Shown piece after piece: positions 7,932 to 15,257 of a stretch of DNA of 15,257 nt. Under the pieces are notes generated by a model, which did no database searches, had not been told where the DNA came from, and was given only the letters and a program-made list of their open reading frames with translations. Source of the DNA: Candidatus Micrarchaeota archaeon (GTDB lineage: Archaea; B1Sed10-29); NCBI GenBank assembly GCA_964579265.1, contig CAZOFO010000014.1, positions 1-15,257 on the forward strand. Direction: 5' to 3'. The position numbers and the translations under genes were made by a program. Each line of letters begins with the position of its first letter. The stretch's first letter is position 1.

Positions 7932-8594
7932 TTATTGATATTTTCCTGTTTCTTCGCATTCTTCTATGAATTCTTCCAATCTTTCTTGATCCGCTATACC
8001 TGTCATGTAGCAGTATTCTTCTTCAGGTGTTTTTTCAGTGTTGTACACCCATAGAGGGAGGTCTCCGGTGCCTACTCCGGCCATTATCTCGATTCCTTTT
8101 TCTGTTCTGAAATCGAATCTGTAGTTGTAGGTTTCTTGACCGGTAACATCATCCGCCATTAAGTGGTTGTTCACGCATATATCTCTTAGTGGTTCTTCTT
8201 CGAAGTCGCATATTAAGTAGAGTGTATCTTCACTGGGTCTGTATAGGTCTTCTATTGGTATGTCTCCGTTTGTTTCATTAATTAATTCTTCTGGATCTTC
8301 TGTGGTTTCGTTTTCTATTTTTTCAGAGATATCTCTTATTTCTCTGTCCAGTCTATTTATTGATGTTATCGCGACTATTGTGAGTGAGAGTAGAGCTATT
8401 ATCCCTACTACTGTGACTATTGCTACTTCTTCTTTCCATTTGTTGTACCATTTTTCTTGTTTTTGTTCTAGTTCTTGTTCTAGTTCTTCCATTGATTCTT
8501 TTTCCTGGTTTTCTTCTTTGTGTACTCTTGATTTATGTATTTTCATTCCTCTTTCAGAGTCAAATTCTTCTCCGCATTCAGGGCACTTTACCAT
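7932..8594 (-). CDS. Bitopic membrane protein: N-terminal C2H2 zinc finger, coiled coil, one TM helix, acidic Cys-containing (possibly thioredoxin-like) C-terminal domain
   Basis: CPECGEEFDSERGMKIHKSRVH fits CxxC-x12-H-x4-H. TM segment VAIVTVVGIIALLSLTIVAITSI. C-terminal GTGDLPLWVYN..CYMTGIADQERLEEFI resembles the end of a thioredoxin fold (inference). Start at ATG 8594, alternative GTG 8603. Confidence 0.8.
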   Translation of the reverse strand: MVKCPECGEEFDSERGMKIHKSRVHKEENQEKESMEELEQELEQKQEKWYNKWKEEVAIVTVVGIIALLSLTIVAITSINRLDREIRDISEKIENETTEDPEELINETNGDIPIEDLYRPSEDTLYLICDFEEEPLRDICVNNHLMADDVTGQETYNYRFDFRTEKGIEIMAGVGTGDLPLWVYNTEKTPEEEYCYMTGIADQERLEEFIEECEETGKYQ

Positions 8595-8642
8595 TTTTCC
8601 CACTTTTTGTTTTCAATGCTGTTCTTAGTGTTTTTGTGTTTT

Positions 8643-9161
8643 TTATTTGTTTTTCTTTTTCCATTTTTCTGCTTTTTCATTTGCTTTTTGTTTTAATTCT
8701 TCTTTGGTAGCTCCTGGTCCCAGTTCTTTCGATGCTTCTTCTATGAATTCTTTTTCTCTTTTCCTTGCTTTTTCATTTATTTCTTTTTTGCTTTCTAGAT
8801 CGTATTTTTTAACCCAGGTTTCTTCTATTTCTCCGAGTGCTTTTTCTTTGTTTTTTTCTACTTCTTTTTTTGTTTCTTCGATTCCTTTACTTATTCCTTT
8901 TTTCTTTAGATATTTTTCTTTGTTTTTTCCAAGTTTTTCTTGGGTTTTTTCCATTATTTCTCTTTTGCTTGCATTTGGATTACTTTTGATTACGTCTTTA
9001 GCTGCTTTCATGGTTGCAGAAGCATTTTTCTTGCTTAGGTTTTCTTTTTTTCCGAGTGATCCTGATTTTCTCCATTTTTTAGCTAGTCTGTCCTTTATTT
9101 CTCCCGCTTTGGGTTTTAATTTCTTTCTTTTTTTCCTCTTTTTGACTTTTCTAGAACTCAT
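8643..9161 (-). CDS. Hypothetical Lys-rich helical protein (172 aa) with internal repeats
   Basis: Very basic N-terminus MSSRKVKKRKKRKKLKPK. Repeats NPNASKREIMEK / DLESKKEINEK / GPGATKEELKQK. TTTTTAAG box about 30 nt upstream. Confidence 0.75.
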   Translation of the reverse strand: MSSRKVKKRKKRKKLKPKAGEIKDRLAKKWRKSGSLGKKENLSKKNASATMKAAKDVIKSNPNASKREIMEKTQEKLGKNKEKYLKKKGISKGIEETKKEVEKNKEKALGEIEETWVKKYDLESKKEINEKARKREKEFIEEASKELGPGATKEELKQKANEKAEKWKKKNK

Positions 9162-9265
9162 GCTGATCCCAGTAATAGTTATGGGTGGAGCTCTTAAAAA
9201 AGTTATTGCAAATATTCTACATTATCTTCTAGGTTATCGAAATAAGAATAGTATTTTTCAAATCT

Positions 9266-10741
9266 TTATATCTCTTTTTTAAGATTGTTGAGGTTCTTCT
9301 GAGTTTCTTTACCCCTTGTTGTCAGCTTGTTATTCTTATCCAATATCTTTTCTTTTCTTAAATATCTTTTAACCCAAGCAGAGGTATCTCTCTTCGGATT
9401 TAATATGAATTTTGATGCACCTGTTTCTAGTAGTCTATTTATGGTTCTTTTCCTTCTTTTCGGATACAGATGGAAGAGTTTATCAGCTATAAGGTTTAGG
9501 TTAGATATTAGTTCTAATGAACCTATCCTGATTACGTATCTCTTCTCAGTTTCTCTGTAGCCATCGCTTTGGAGTCCTAGTGATTTGAAAACCTTTTTTA
9601 GTACGGTTATCTCATTATGATTTGTGCTTATTACTATATGACCACGACTTTTACTACCAGGAGCACCATCTCCTTCCATAACGCCTAGCAGGAAGTTCCA
9701 GGCGATAGTATTATCCTCGCTTTCTATAATCCTTTTGATAAGTAAAGACAGCAGTATATTGTAGATTTCTTTTGATAAGATTCTATGTTCACGAATGGAG
9801 AGGGAGCCATACTTATTTCTATTTCTTGCGTTTTTAGTATCGGTTTTAATTTCTCGAAAAGAGTCAACTGAGATACTAACCTCATCCTCCCATTTTCCAA
9901 TAAGCTTTTCTTTTTTAATTCTGTTCGAGGGAGGGGAGGTATAGGTTAATTGTGTTTTCAAATCGCTGTCCTTCACTAATCTTTGATGTTTTTCTTTGTA
10001 GAATCTTGCTTGTTGAAACGTGGAGGCAGCTATCCCCCAACTATCCCCTCTTTTTGTACCATCTGCAAAAAATGCTCCTAGGTAGTAGCTTAGACTATCT
10101 AGCCGGAGATTCTTAGTTAAAGTTACAGGAACCTTCTTCCCATCAAATATCTTTATCCCTTCTTCAGTTATCACCCAGTCTAAACCCTCCAGAGCCTCTC
10201 GTAGGTCTTTATTAACTTCTTGTTTTTCAGAAGAGGGGACTAGAACGTCTTCTATTTTAAATAGACCTTCTTTTCCAGCTTTCTCCTCATCAAAGGTGAT
10301 CCGATAGTCCGCTGTAGTTTCTTTTTCCCGGATATTTATAGGTTTATATACAGTTTCTTTGGTTTTTCCTATTTCTCCTTTTACTTTTATTATTTTACCT
10401 TCTTCTAGTTGAAGTTCTTCCGCTCTCTTCTTGGGAATGTATATCCTTCCGTCAGAACCGATCTTTGTGTGAAAACCATTTACCTGTTCTATCTCAACTC
10501 TGCAAGTTTTCTGGCAAAGATTATTTTCTGTTGCAATCTTTTTTGGAACATATACTCCTAACCCTCTCCACTTTCTTATTTTAGTATAGAAACTTATGGA
10601 TTTATCACCATTTATATTTATTTTTACCTGTTTTCCTATCTGAAATTTCGATTCTAATCTTTCAGGTAGGCTAATGAAGCCCGCTCCTGCAGAATTAGCT
10701 TTGCATATATAGGATTCGAATGAATTTTTAACTGTTCTCAT
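9266..10741 (-). CDS. Free-standing double-motif LAGLIDADG endonuclease-like protein with N-terminal AbrB/RIFT-barrel-like repeats and a winged-helix-like tail
   Basis: SYYLGAFFADG (D227) and WNFLLGVMEGDG (D358), about 130 aa apart. N-terminal GFISLPERL, GVYVPKKIA, DGRIYIPKKRAEELQLEEGKIIKV. C-terminal LRKEKILDKNNKLTTRG. No intein splicing motifs seen. Confidence 0.78.
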   Translation of the reverse strand: MRTVKNSFESYICKANSAGAGFISLPERLESKFQIGKQVKININGDKSISFYTKIRKWRGLGVYVPKKIATENNLCQKTCRVEIEQVNGFHTKIGSDGRIYIPKKRAEELQLEEGKIIKVKGEIGKTKETVYKPINIREKETTADYRITFDEEKAGKEGLFKIEDVLVPSSEKQEVNKDLREALEGLDWVITEEGIKIFDGKKVPVTLTKNLRLDSLSYYLGAFFADGTKRGDSWGIAASTFQQARFYKEKHQRLVKDSDLKTQLTYTSPPSNRIKKEKLIGKWEDEVSISVDSFREIKTDTKNARNRNKYGSLSIREHRILSKEIYNILLSLLIKRIIESEDNTIAWNFLLGVMEGDGAPGSKSRGHIVISTNHNEITVLKKVFKSLGLQSDGYRETEKRYVIRIGSLELISNLNLIADKLFHLYPKRRKRTINRLLETGASKFILNPKRDTSAWVKRYLRKEKILDKNNKLTTRGKETQKNLNNLKKEI

Positions 10742-10764
10742 GATAATAAGTTTGTTTCTACAGC

Positions 10765-10771
10765 TATATAA
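10765..10771 (-). promoter_or_regulatory. Candidate TATA box for a leaderless transcript of the LAGLIDADG gene
   Basis: Minus strand AAAGAG-TTATATA ends 23 nt before ATG 10741; no SD motif. Confidence 0.5.
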
Positions 10772-10791
10772 CTCTTTAGGATCCTTTAAAA

Positions 10792-12531
10792 TCAGGTTAC
10801 AGAAATTACCTTGGCCAAGTTTTTAGGCTTATCAATGGGGCAATTTCTCTCCTTAGCGATGTAGTATGATAGTAACTGACCTATTATATTGCTGCATACT
10901 GCTTTTTCTACTTTATTTCCTTCAGGTATCTTTAACTTGGTCTCTGTGGATATTGGTATTATCCTCGCTCCTTTTGATTTTACTTCTTCCTCGGTCTTGA
11001 GCATCTTGTCGTTGGTTCTAAGCGATATCACGGGTGTTTTTTCTTCTATTAGTGCGAGTGTGCCGTGTTTTAGTTCTCCTGCCATCATTCCTTCGGCGTG
11101 TATGTAGGGTATTTCCTTGAGTTTTAGCGCTATTTCTCTTGCTATTGGGTAGGTGGGTCCTTCTCCTATTATGTATATGTCTTTTTCTTCCTTCAGCTGC
11201 TTTGATAGATCTTTTATCCTTTCTTCGTTTTTCTCTATGGTTTTTTTCGACTTTATAGGTAACTTCCTCACGTTTCTTTCCTCTCCGAGGTTATTGGCTA
11301 TCCTTGCAAAGGTTGTAACTTGATTTGTGAAGGTCTTTGTGCTAGCTACCGAGATTTCTTGTCCTGCGTGTATCTTCACGGAGTTTTGAGTCTTTCTGGG
11401 TATCGTGGTCTTTGGAACGTTCACTATCGACGCAGTGGTTGAGTTTTTTTCTTCAGCGTGTTGCAGTGCTTTTACCACGTCCATTGTCTCTCCGCTCTGC
11501 GATACTCCTATGGTCAGGGTATTTTTATCAGGTTTTATGTAGTTCTGGTACTCGCTCGCGATTATTGCTTGGGTTTCTTGACCTGAATCCTGTAGTAGAT
11601 GTGCTCCGAATAGGGATGCATGGTAGCTGGTGCCCGAAGCGGTTATCACTGTTTTTTCGTGGTTCTTCATGAGCTGGGTGAGCCTTCCCAAGCCTTCCTC
11701 ATCTTGTTTTTTCAGCAGTCTTTTTACCGCTTCGGGCTGTTCCTTTATTTCGCTGAGCATGTGGTGCTCTTCCTCCTTTTTTGTTTTCTCCTGATTCCAT
11801 TCGAATTTTTCAGGTTTTCTTTTTATTTTCTGTAGGGATCCGTTGTATATTTCGTATCCTCTGGGTGTTATCAGTGCTTTTTCACCGTCTTCTAGTGCTA
11901 TTGATTGATTTGTGAGGTGGGAGAAGCTGTATATGTCGCTGGAGAAGTAGTTTTCTTCTTTATCTGTATTTATCCCTATGCATAGTGGTGAGTCTTTTTT
12001 GAATCCGTATAGTTCTTTTTTTCCTTTTATTGAGATTACTACTGCGTATTCTCCTTCTATTTCTTCCTTAATTTCTTTTATTGTTTTAAGTATGTTTTCT
12101 TTGTTTCTTGTTCTCTTTTTCATTTTTTCTTCTATGAGGTGAGGTATGACTTCGGTGTCTGTTTTTGAGGTGAATACGTGTCCTTTTTCCTTTAATTTTC
12201 TTTTTATTTCGCTGTGGTTGTGTATTATTCCGTTGTGTACGGTTGCTATTTCTTCTGTGCAGTCGGTGTGTGGGTGTGCGTTTTTTTCGCTTGGTTCTCC
12301 GTGGGTGCTCCATCTTGAGTGAGCTATGACTGTTTTTGGTTTTTCTACAGGTATTTTCTCTTTTTTTATAGCTTCTTTGATCCTTCCTTTTCCTTTTTCT
12401 ATTTTTATGTCTTTTTCTGTGTTTACTGCTATTCCTGCGGAGTCGTATCCTCTGTATTCTAGTCTCTTCAGCATGTTGATTGATTTTTCAGGGTTTACTT
12501 TGTCTCCGGTTATCCCTATTATTCCGCACAT
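10792..12531 (-). CDS. glmS: Glutamine--fructose-6-phosphate transaminase (isomerizing)
   Basis: MCGIIG (catalytic Cys after Met fixes the start at 12531), LEYRGYDSAG, HSRWSTHG..NAHPH, HNGII, TDTEV, SGTSYHA, SQSGET, VASTKTFT, LKLKEI..HAEG..AGELKHG, NLAK. Confidence 0.98.
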   Translation of the reverse strand: MCGIIGITGDKVNPEKSINMLKRLEYRGYDSAGIAVNTEKDIKIEKGKGRIKEAIKKEKIPVEKPKTVIAHSRWSTHGEPSEKNAHPHTDCTEEIATVHNGIIHNHSEIKRKLKEKGHVFTSKTDTEVIPHLIEEKMKKRTRNKENILKTIKEIKEEIEGEYAVVISIKGKKELYGFKKDSPLCIGINTDKEENYFSSDIYSFSHLTNQSIALEDGEKALITPRGYEIYNGSLQKIKRKPEKFEWNQEKTKKEEEHHMLSEIKEQPEAVKRLLKKQDEEGLGRLTQLMKNHEKTVITASGTSYHASLFGAHLLQDSGQETQAIIASEYQNYIKPDKNTLTIGVSQSGETMDVVKALQHAEEKNSTTASIVNVPKTTIPRKTQNSVKIHAGQEISVASTKTFTNQVTTFARIANNLGEERNVRKLPIKSKKTIEKNEERIKDLSKQLKEEKDIYIIGEGPTYPIAREIALKLKEIPYIHAEGMMAGELKHGTLALIEEKTPVISLRTNDKMLKTEEEVKSKGARIIPISTETKLKIPEGNKVEKAVCSNIIGQLLSYYIAKERNCPIDKPKNLAKVISVT

Positions 12532-12710
12532 TTTTTTCACTTTTATTAGAGATTCTTGTTTTTCTTTCAGTGGATTTTGTTTCGAGAAGGTGGTTTGCAG
12601 GGTAATGTAAGGATTGATTGGTTTTTAAAGATGCTTAAAATAGGTTTGATACTCTTGTGAATACTTTTTTAGTTGATCAGTGTTTTGAGAGTTTTTCCGA
12701 GATTTCACAG

Positions 12711-12726
12711 GAGAAACTTTTTATAT
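12711..12726 (+). promoter_or_regulatory. Candidate BRE/TATA promoter of the ArsR-type regulator
   Basis: gagaaact-ttttatat matches the purine-rich BRE plus TTTATA pattern, about 75 nt before ATG 12802. Confidence 0.5.
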
Positions 12727-12801
12727 CTGGAACACCGATAATATAGAAATGATAGTACTGTTAAAAAACCTGTTTTAATTGATGGTTGGAGAGTATCTAG
12801 A

Positions 12802-13773
12802 ATGGCTGAAAAAGAGGAAAAGAAGAACTACCTGGTAAAGGAATTAGGAGAAGGTGAAGATAGGCACAGGATCTTGAAAGAGACAAAGCTCTTCAAAGAC
12901 CCTGAAAAATTCAAAGTAATAGCGGACAGTACTAGATGGATGGTTTTAAAATCAATATCCGGAGAATCGAAGTACCCGTCTCAGATAGCTAAGGAACTGG
13001 GTCTCAATGAACAGAAAGTGTATTACCACGTGAACCAGTTGGAAAAAGCCGGTTTGATAGAAGTGGTGAAAAGGGAGGAGAGATCAGGTTCTCTGGCTAA
13101 GTACTACAGATCAAGGGAAAGTGCTTTTTCCATAGAACTTCCGCATGGAGAGGAAAAACCATTAAGAGAACCGCTTTCAGAGCAGCCGGAACAGGTGAAG
13201 AACTTTCTCTATCCTTTTATAAAAAATGGAGAGATAAACACCAGGATAATAGTGGGTTCACCAGATCCACACGGTCCAAACCAGGTTAGAGGAAGAGATA
13301 ATCATCTGGCAATACAGTTAGGGTTATTTCTAGGACAGCACGGGTCTCTAGAGAAAGGTTTCCCAACTGAACTGGATACCGAGGCAAAGGGAGATAAAAA
13401 GGGAAACATGATTCTTCTTGGTGGTCCTCTGACAAATATGTTCGTTAAGAAGATTAATGAACACCTTTTGGTGAATTTCTCAATGGATAAGTTCCCGTAC
13501 CACGAGCTAAATTCAAGCAAGACAGGTGAAAAATATACTGAGAAACCTATTGGAACCATAGCGAGAACAAGAAATCCTCATGATCCGGACAACAGCATTT
13601 TAGCTCTTTCAGGTATAGGGAAATCAGGTACAAAGGCAACTTTACTAGCGCTGACACTGAAGACCGAGGAAGTTCTAGAGGATTACGATAATGAAGATAA
13701 GTGGGGCAGGGTTGTACGTGGACTTGATCTAGATGGAGATGGGAAGATAGATGATGTGGAGATATTAGAATAA
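12802..13773 (+). CDS. ArsR-type winged-HTH regulator fused to a C-terminal alpha/beta domain with a LLGGPxxN motif
   Basis: IADSTRWMVLKSI..YPSQIAKELGLNEQKVYYHVNQLEKAGLIEVV..GSLAKYY is an ArsR/HTH_20 pattern. C-terminal IIVGSPDPHGP, MILLGGPLTN, GLDLDGDGKIDD. Confidence 0.85.
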   Translation: MAEKEEKKNYLVKELGEGEDRHRILKETKLFKDPEKFKVIADSTRWMVLKSISGESKYPSQIAKELGLNEQKVYYHVNQLEKAGLIEVVKREERSGSLAKYYRSRESAFSIELPHGEEKPLREPLSEQPEQVKNFLYPFIKNGEINTRIIVGSPDPHGPNQVRGRDNHLAIQLGLFLGQHGSLEKGFPTELDTEAKGDKKGNMILLGGPLTNMFVKKINEHLLVNFSMDKFPYHELNSSKTGEKYTEKPIGTIARTRNPHDPDNSILALSGIGKSGTKATLLALTLKTEEVLEDYDNEDKWGRVVRGLDLDGDGKIDDVEILE

Positions 13774-14067
13774 GTGCCCTAGTTTTTCCTTTGCTTCTTC
13801 GGACATGTCTTCTGGACTCCAGTTGTACTCTAGATCCAGCTCCACTTCTGCTTCTTCAACTTCTTCCATTTCTTCTAGTTTTTGACCTGCTTGTCCAGCT
13901 ATCTTCTGAGCCATTGGACATCCAGGTGAAGTTAGAACTATTGTAATATCTACTTTATCTTCTTCAATCTCTATGTTCTTCACGAAACCCAAAGAAACGA
14001 TATCTAGACCCATGTGAGGGTCTTTGACTTCTTTGAGTTTTTCTTTGACTTCTTGTTCCATAACCAT
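13765..14067 (-). CDS. Fe-S cluster assembly factor, SufT/PaaD/MIP18 (DUF59) family
   Basis: LKEVKDPHMGLDIVSLGFV..LTSPGCPMA..WSPEDMSEEAKEKLG. Start placed at ATG 14067 after AAGTGA (alternatives 14079, 14061). Overlaps the convergent regulator by 9 nt. Confidence 0.92.
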   Translation of the reverse strand: MVMEQEVKEKLKEVKDPHMGLDIVSLGFVKNIEIEEDKVDITIVLTSPGCPMAQKIAGQAGQKLEEMEEVEEAEVELDLEYNWSPEDMSEEAKEKLGHLF

Positions 14068-14116
14068 CTTTCTATTCACTTTTCAGTTTATTTAGTTATC
14101 AGAGGAAGAGATTTAA

Positions 14117-14233
14117 TGGCCCCGCTCGGATTCGAACCAAGGACCTCTGACTATCTCCGGTAAGCGCCTGAATGTTTTGAGTCAGAACGCGCCATATAAG
14201 GTCAGCGCTCTAACCAGGCTGAGCTACGGGGCC
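14117..14233 (-). tRNA. tRNA-Ile with UAU anticodon, 42-nt intron at 37/38, CCA not encoded
   Basis: GGCCCCG-TA-GCTC AGCCTGGTTA GAGC-G-CTGAC CT TAT A|intron|A GTCAG-AGGTC-CTTGG TTCGAAT CCGAG-CGGGGCC-A. All stems pair, 75 nt after splicing, anticodon at 14198-14196, discriminator A. Confidence 0.9.
14153..14194 (-). other. tRNA intron with a relaxed bulge-helix-bulge motif
   Basis: Bulges UA|U and AU|A flank the helix CUUA/GGAG (C-G, U-A, U-G, one A.G mismatch). GG/CC closes it, with an internal hairpin GCG..UCUGA/UCAGG..CGC. Confidence 0.8.
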
Positions 14234-14436
14234 TTAGAATTGATCCGTCAAGTTTCTTTTTTCACTTCTTTATATCTTCTTTATTTATCTTCTTTATTTA
14301 ATTGCTGATGTATTATTTAAATCTCTCCTTGTTTATATTTTTCCTGCGGTTTATATTTTTTCGTTGCGTGAAGTGCCGTTACTTAAATAAGGAGAATCAT
14401 TGTATAATTTAGGGGAAAGTAATTTAGGTGAATCGA

Positions 14437-15000
14437 GTGGATAACGAGGATCTCGATCTGGAGTTCAGGAGGAATCTCTTTCACCTTTTTCTAGGCATTT
14501 TTATAGCTATCTTTGTTCTGTTCGCTGGAAGCAGTATATCCGTGGTGTTCTTCTCCATATTACTTTTAATATGTCTTCTTTTCTCGGATCTTCTTCAAGA
14601 GCACGGTGTCCCCGGATTAAATTTCATCATAGATAAGTTCGAGAGGAGGGACCAGATTCCGGGCGAAGGAGTCATAACCTTTTTCGTGGGAGCTTTGATA
14701 GTTACTTCCATCTTTCCATCTAATATAGCTTTTATCTCGATTTTACTGGTCTCGGTGATAGATTCCTTCACAGTCCTGGTCGGCAGGAAATACGGATGGA
14801 TAACCATCTGCGAAGATAAGAATCTCACTGGAACCTTTGCAGGGTTTCTAGTAGGTTTCTTATTCATCTATCCTTTTTTGGAACCTCTACATGCTTTGAT
14901 AGTGGCTTTCGCCGGATCAGTTTCAGAACTGTTCTGCCCTTACGATAATATAGCGATCCAGGTAGTGACCGCGGTGATTCTCGCTATACTCATTATTTGA
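14437..15000 (+). CDS. Dolichol/phytol/diacylglycerol kinase family (SEC59/DGK1/VTE5-like) membrane protein
   Basis: EFRRNLFH, DSFTVLVGRKYG..KNLTGTFAGF, SE..DNIAI and several TM helices. Start placed at GTG 14437 after AGGTGA (ORF track start 14428). Confidence 0.85.
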   Translation: MDNEDLDLEFRRNLFHLFLGIFIAIFVLFAGSSISVVFFSILLLICLLFSDLLQEHGVPGLNFIIDKFERRDQIPGEGVITFFVGALIVTSIFPSNIAFISILLVSVIDSFTVLVGRKYGWITICEDKNLTGTFAGFLVGFLFIYPFLEPLHALIVAFAGSVSELFCPYDNIAIQVVTAVILAILII

Positions 15001-15100
15001 ATTTACTTTACCTCGAATTCCTAATGATTTTAATACAGTGTATTCAAATAATATATGTCGACAATAAGATGTTGAAGAAAGCGAGTAAGTAAGTGATTCA

Positions 15101-15257
15101 ATGAACTTCAATCTAAGCAGACCAACATTAAGCGGTTTCACGGATTTCTTAAAGAGAAACAGAATAGATATAGTCATAGTAATATTCCTATTTATATTCT
15201 CATTCGGAGTTAGAATCCTACCAAGACAGAATCTAAACGAAGCGGATCAGGAAGTAC
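15101..15257 (+). CDS. 5' fragment of a probable GT-C membrane glycosyltransferase (AglB/STT3-like)
   Basis: AAGTGA then ATG 15101: MNFNLSRPTLSGFTDFLKRNRIDIVIVIFLFIFSFGVRILPRQNLNEADQEV, open to the window end. A first TM helix ending in FGVRILP is typical of STT3/PMT-type enzymes, and a dolichol-kinase-like gene lies upstream. Diagnostic motifs are outside the window. Confidence 0.5.
   Translation, partial: MNFNLSRPTLSGFTDFLKRNRIDIVIVIFLFIFSFGVRILPRQNLNEADQEV

Noticed and set aside
5650..9560. ORFs 5650-5835, 5856-6044, 6580-6855, 7208-7492, 7275-7487, 8260-8628, 8420-8710, 8647-9282 and 9327-9560
   Set aside because: F/S/L-rich reverse-complement products of purine-rich real genes; the apparent hydrophobicity is an artefact.
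9266..10741. Intein or IS interpretation of the LAGLIDADG ORF
   Set aside because: No splicing-junction residues or host exteins, and no terminal inverted repeats or target duplication found by eye.
12541..12700. Possible glmS ribozyme upstream of glmS
   Set aside because: No recognisable ribozyme core or stable stems, and the element is known from bacteria.
14153..14194. Box C/D guide inside the tRNA intron (contains CUGA)
   Set aside because: No RUGAUGA box C, and 42 nt is too short.
14080..14233. tRNA as an integration site
   Set aside because: No integrase and no duplicated tRNA 3' end in the window.
10889..15177. ORFs 10889-11107, 11412-11672, 11620-11835, 12086-12313, 12326-12610, 13302-13559, 14595-14867 and 14923-15177
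   Set aside because: They overlap well-supported genes, antisense or out of frame.

Overview
AT-rich archaeal chromosomal window. A DPANN-like, salt-adapted lineage is inferred from Nop5/fibrillarin, TATA-type promoters, an intron-containing tRNA and acidic proteins. Left third: a >1837-aa secreted modular surface protein on the minus strand, missing from the ORF track because it runs off the left edge (signal peptide, PKD, 2x FN3-like, B-repeat-like linkers, at least 3 GLUG modules). Next come nop5 and fibrillarin, separated by two antisense basic coiled-coil ORFs, then a C2H2-Zn-finger membrane protein, a Lys-rich protein, and a free-standing AbrB-like/double-LAGLIDADG gene right behind glmS. 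The right end holds an ArsR-type regulator, a SufT/DUF59 gene, an intron-containing tRNA-Ile(UAU), a dolichol-kinase-like gene and the start of a probable AglB/GT-C gene. Best leads: (1) a K-turn over the nop5 start, suggesting L7Ae control of an N-terminally truncated Nop5; (2) the LAGLIDADG fusion next to an atypical, compositionally shifted glmS 3' end; (3) one loop in each GLUG module carrying a different inserted domain, plus a codon-usage mosaic in that gene; (4) the rare UAU-anticodon tRNA-Ile. All calls were made by eye without database searches.
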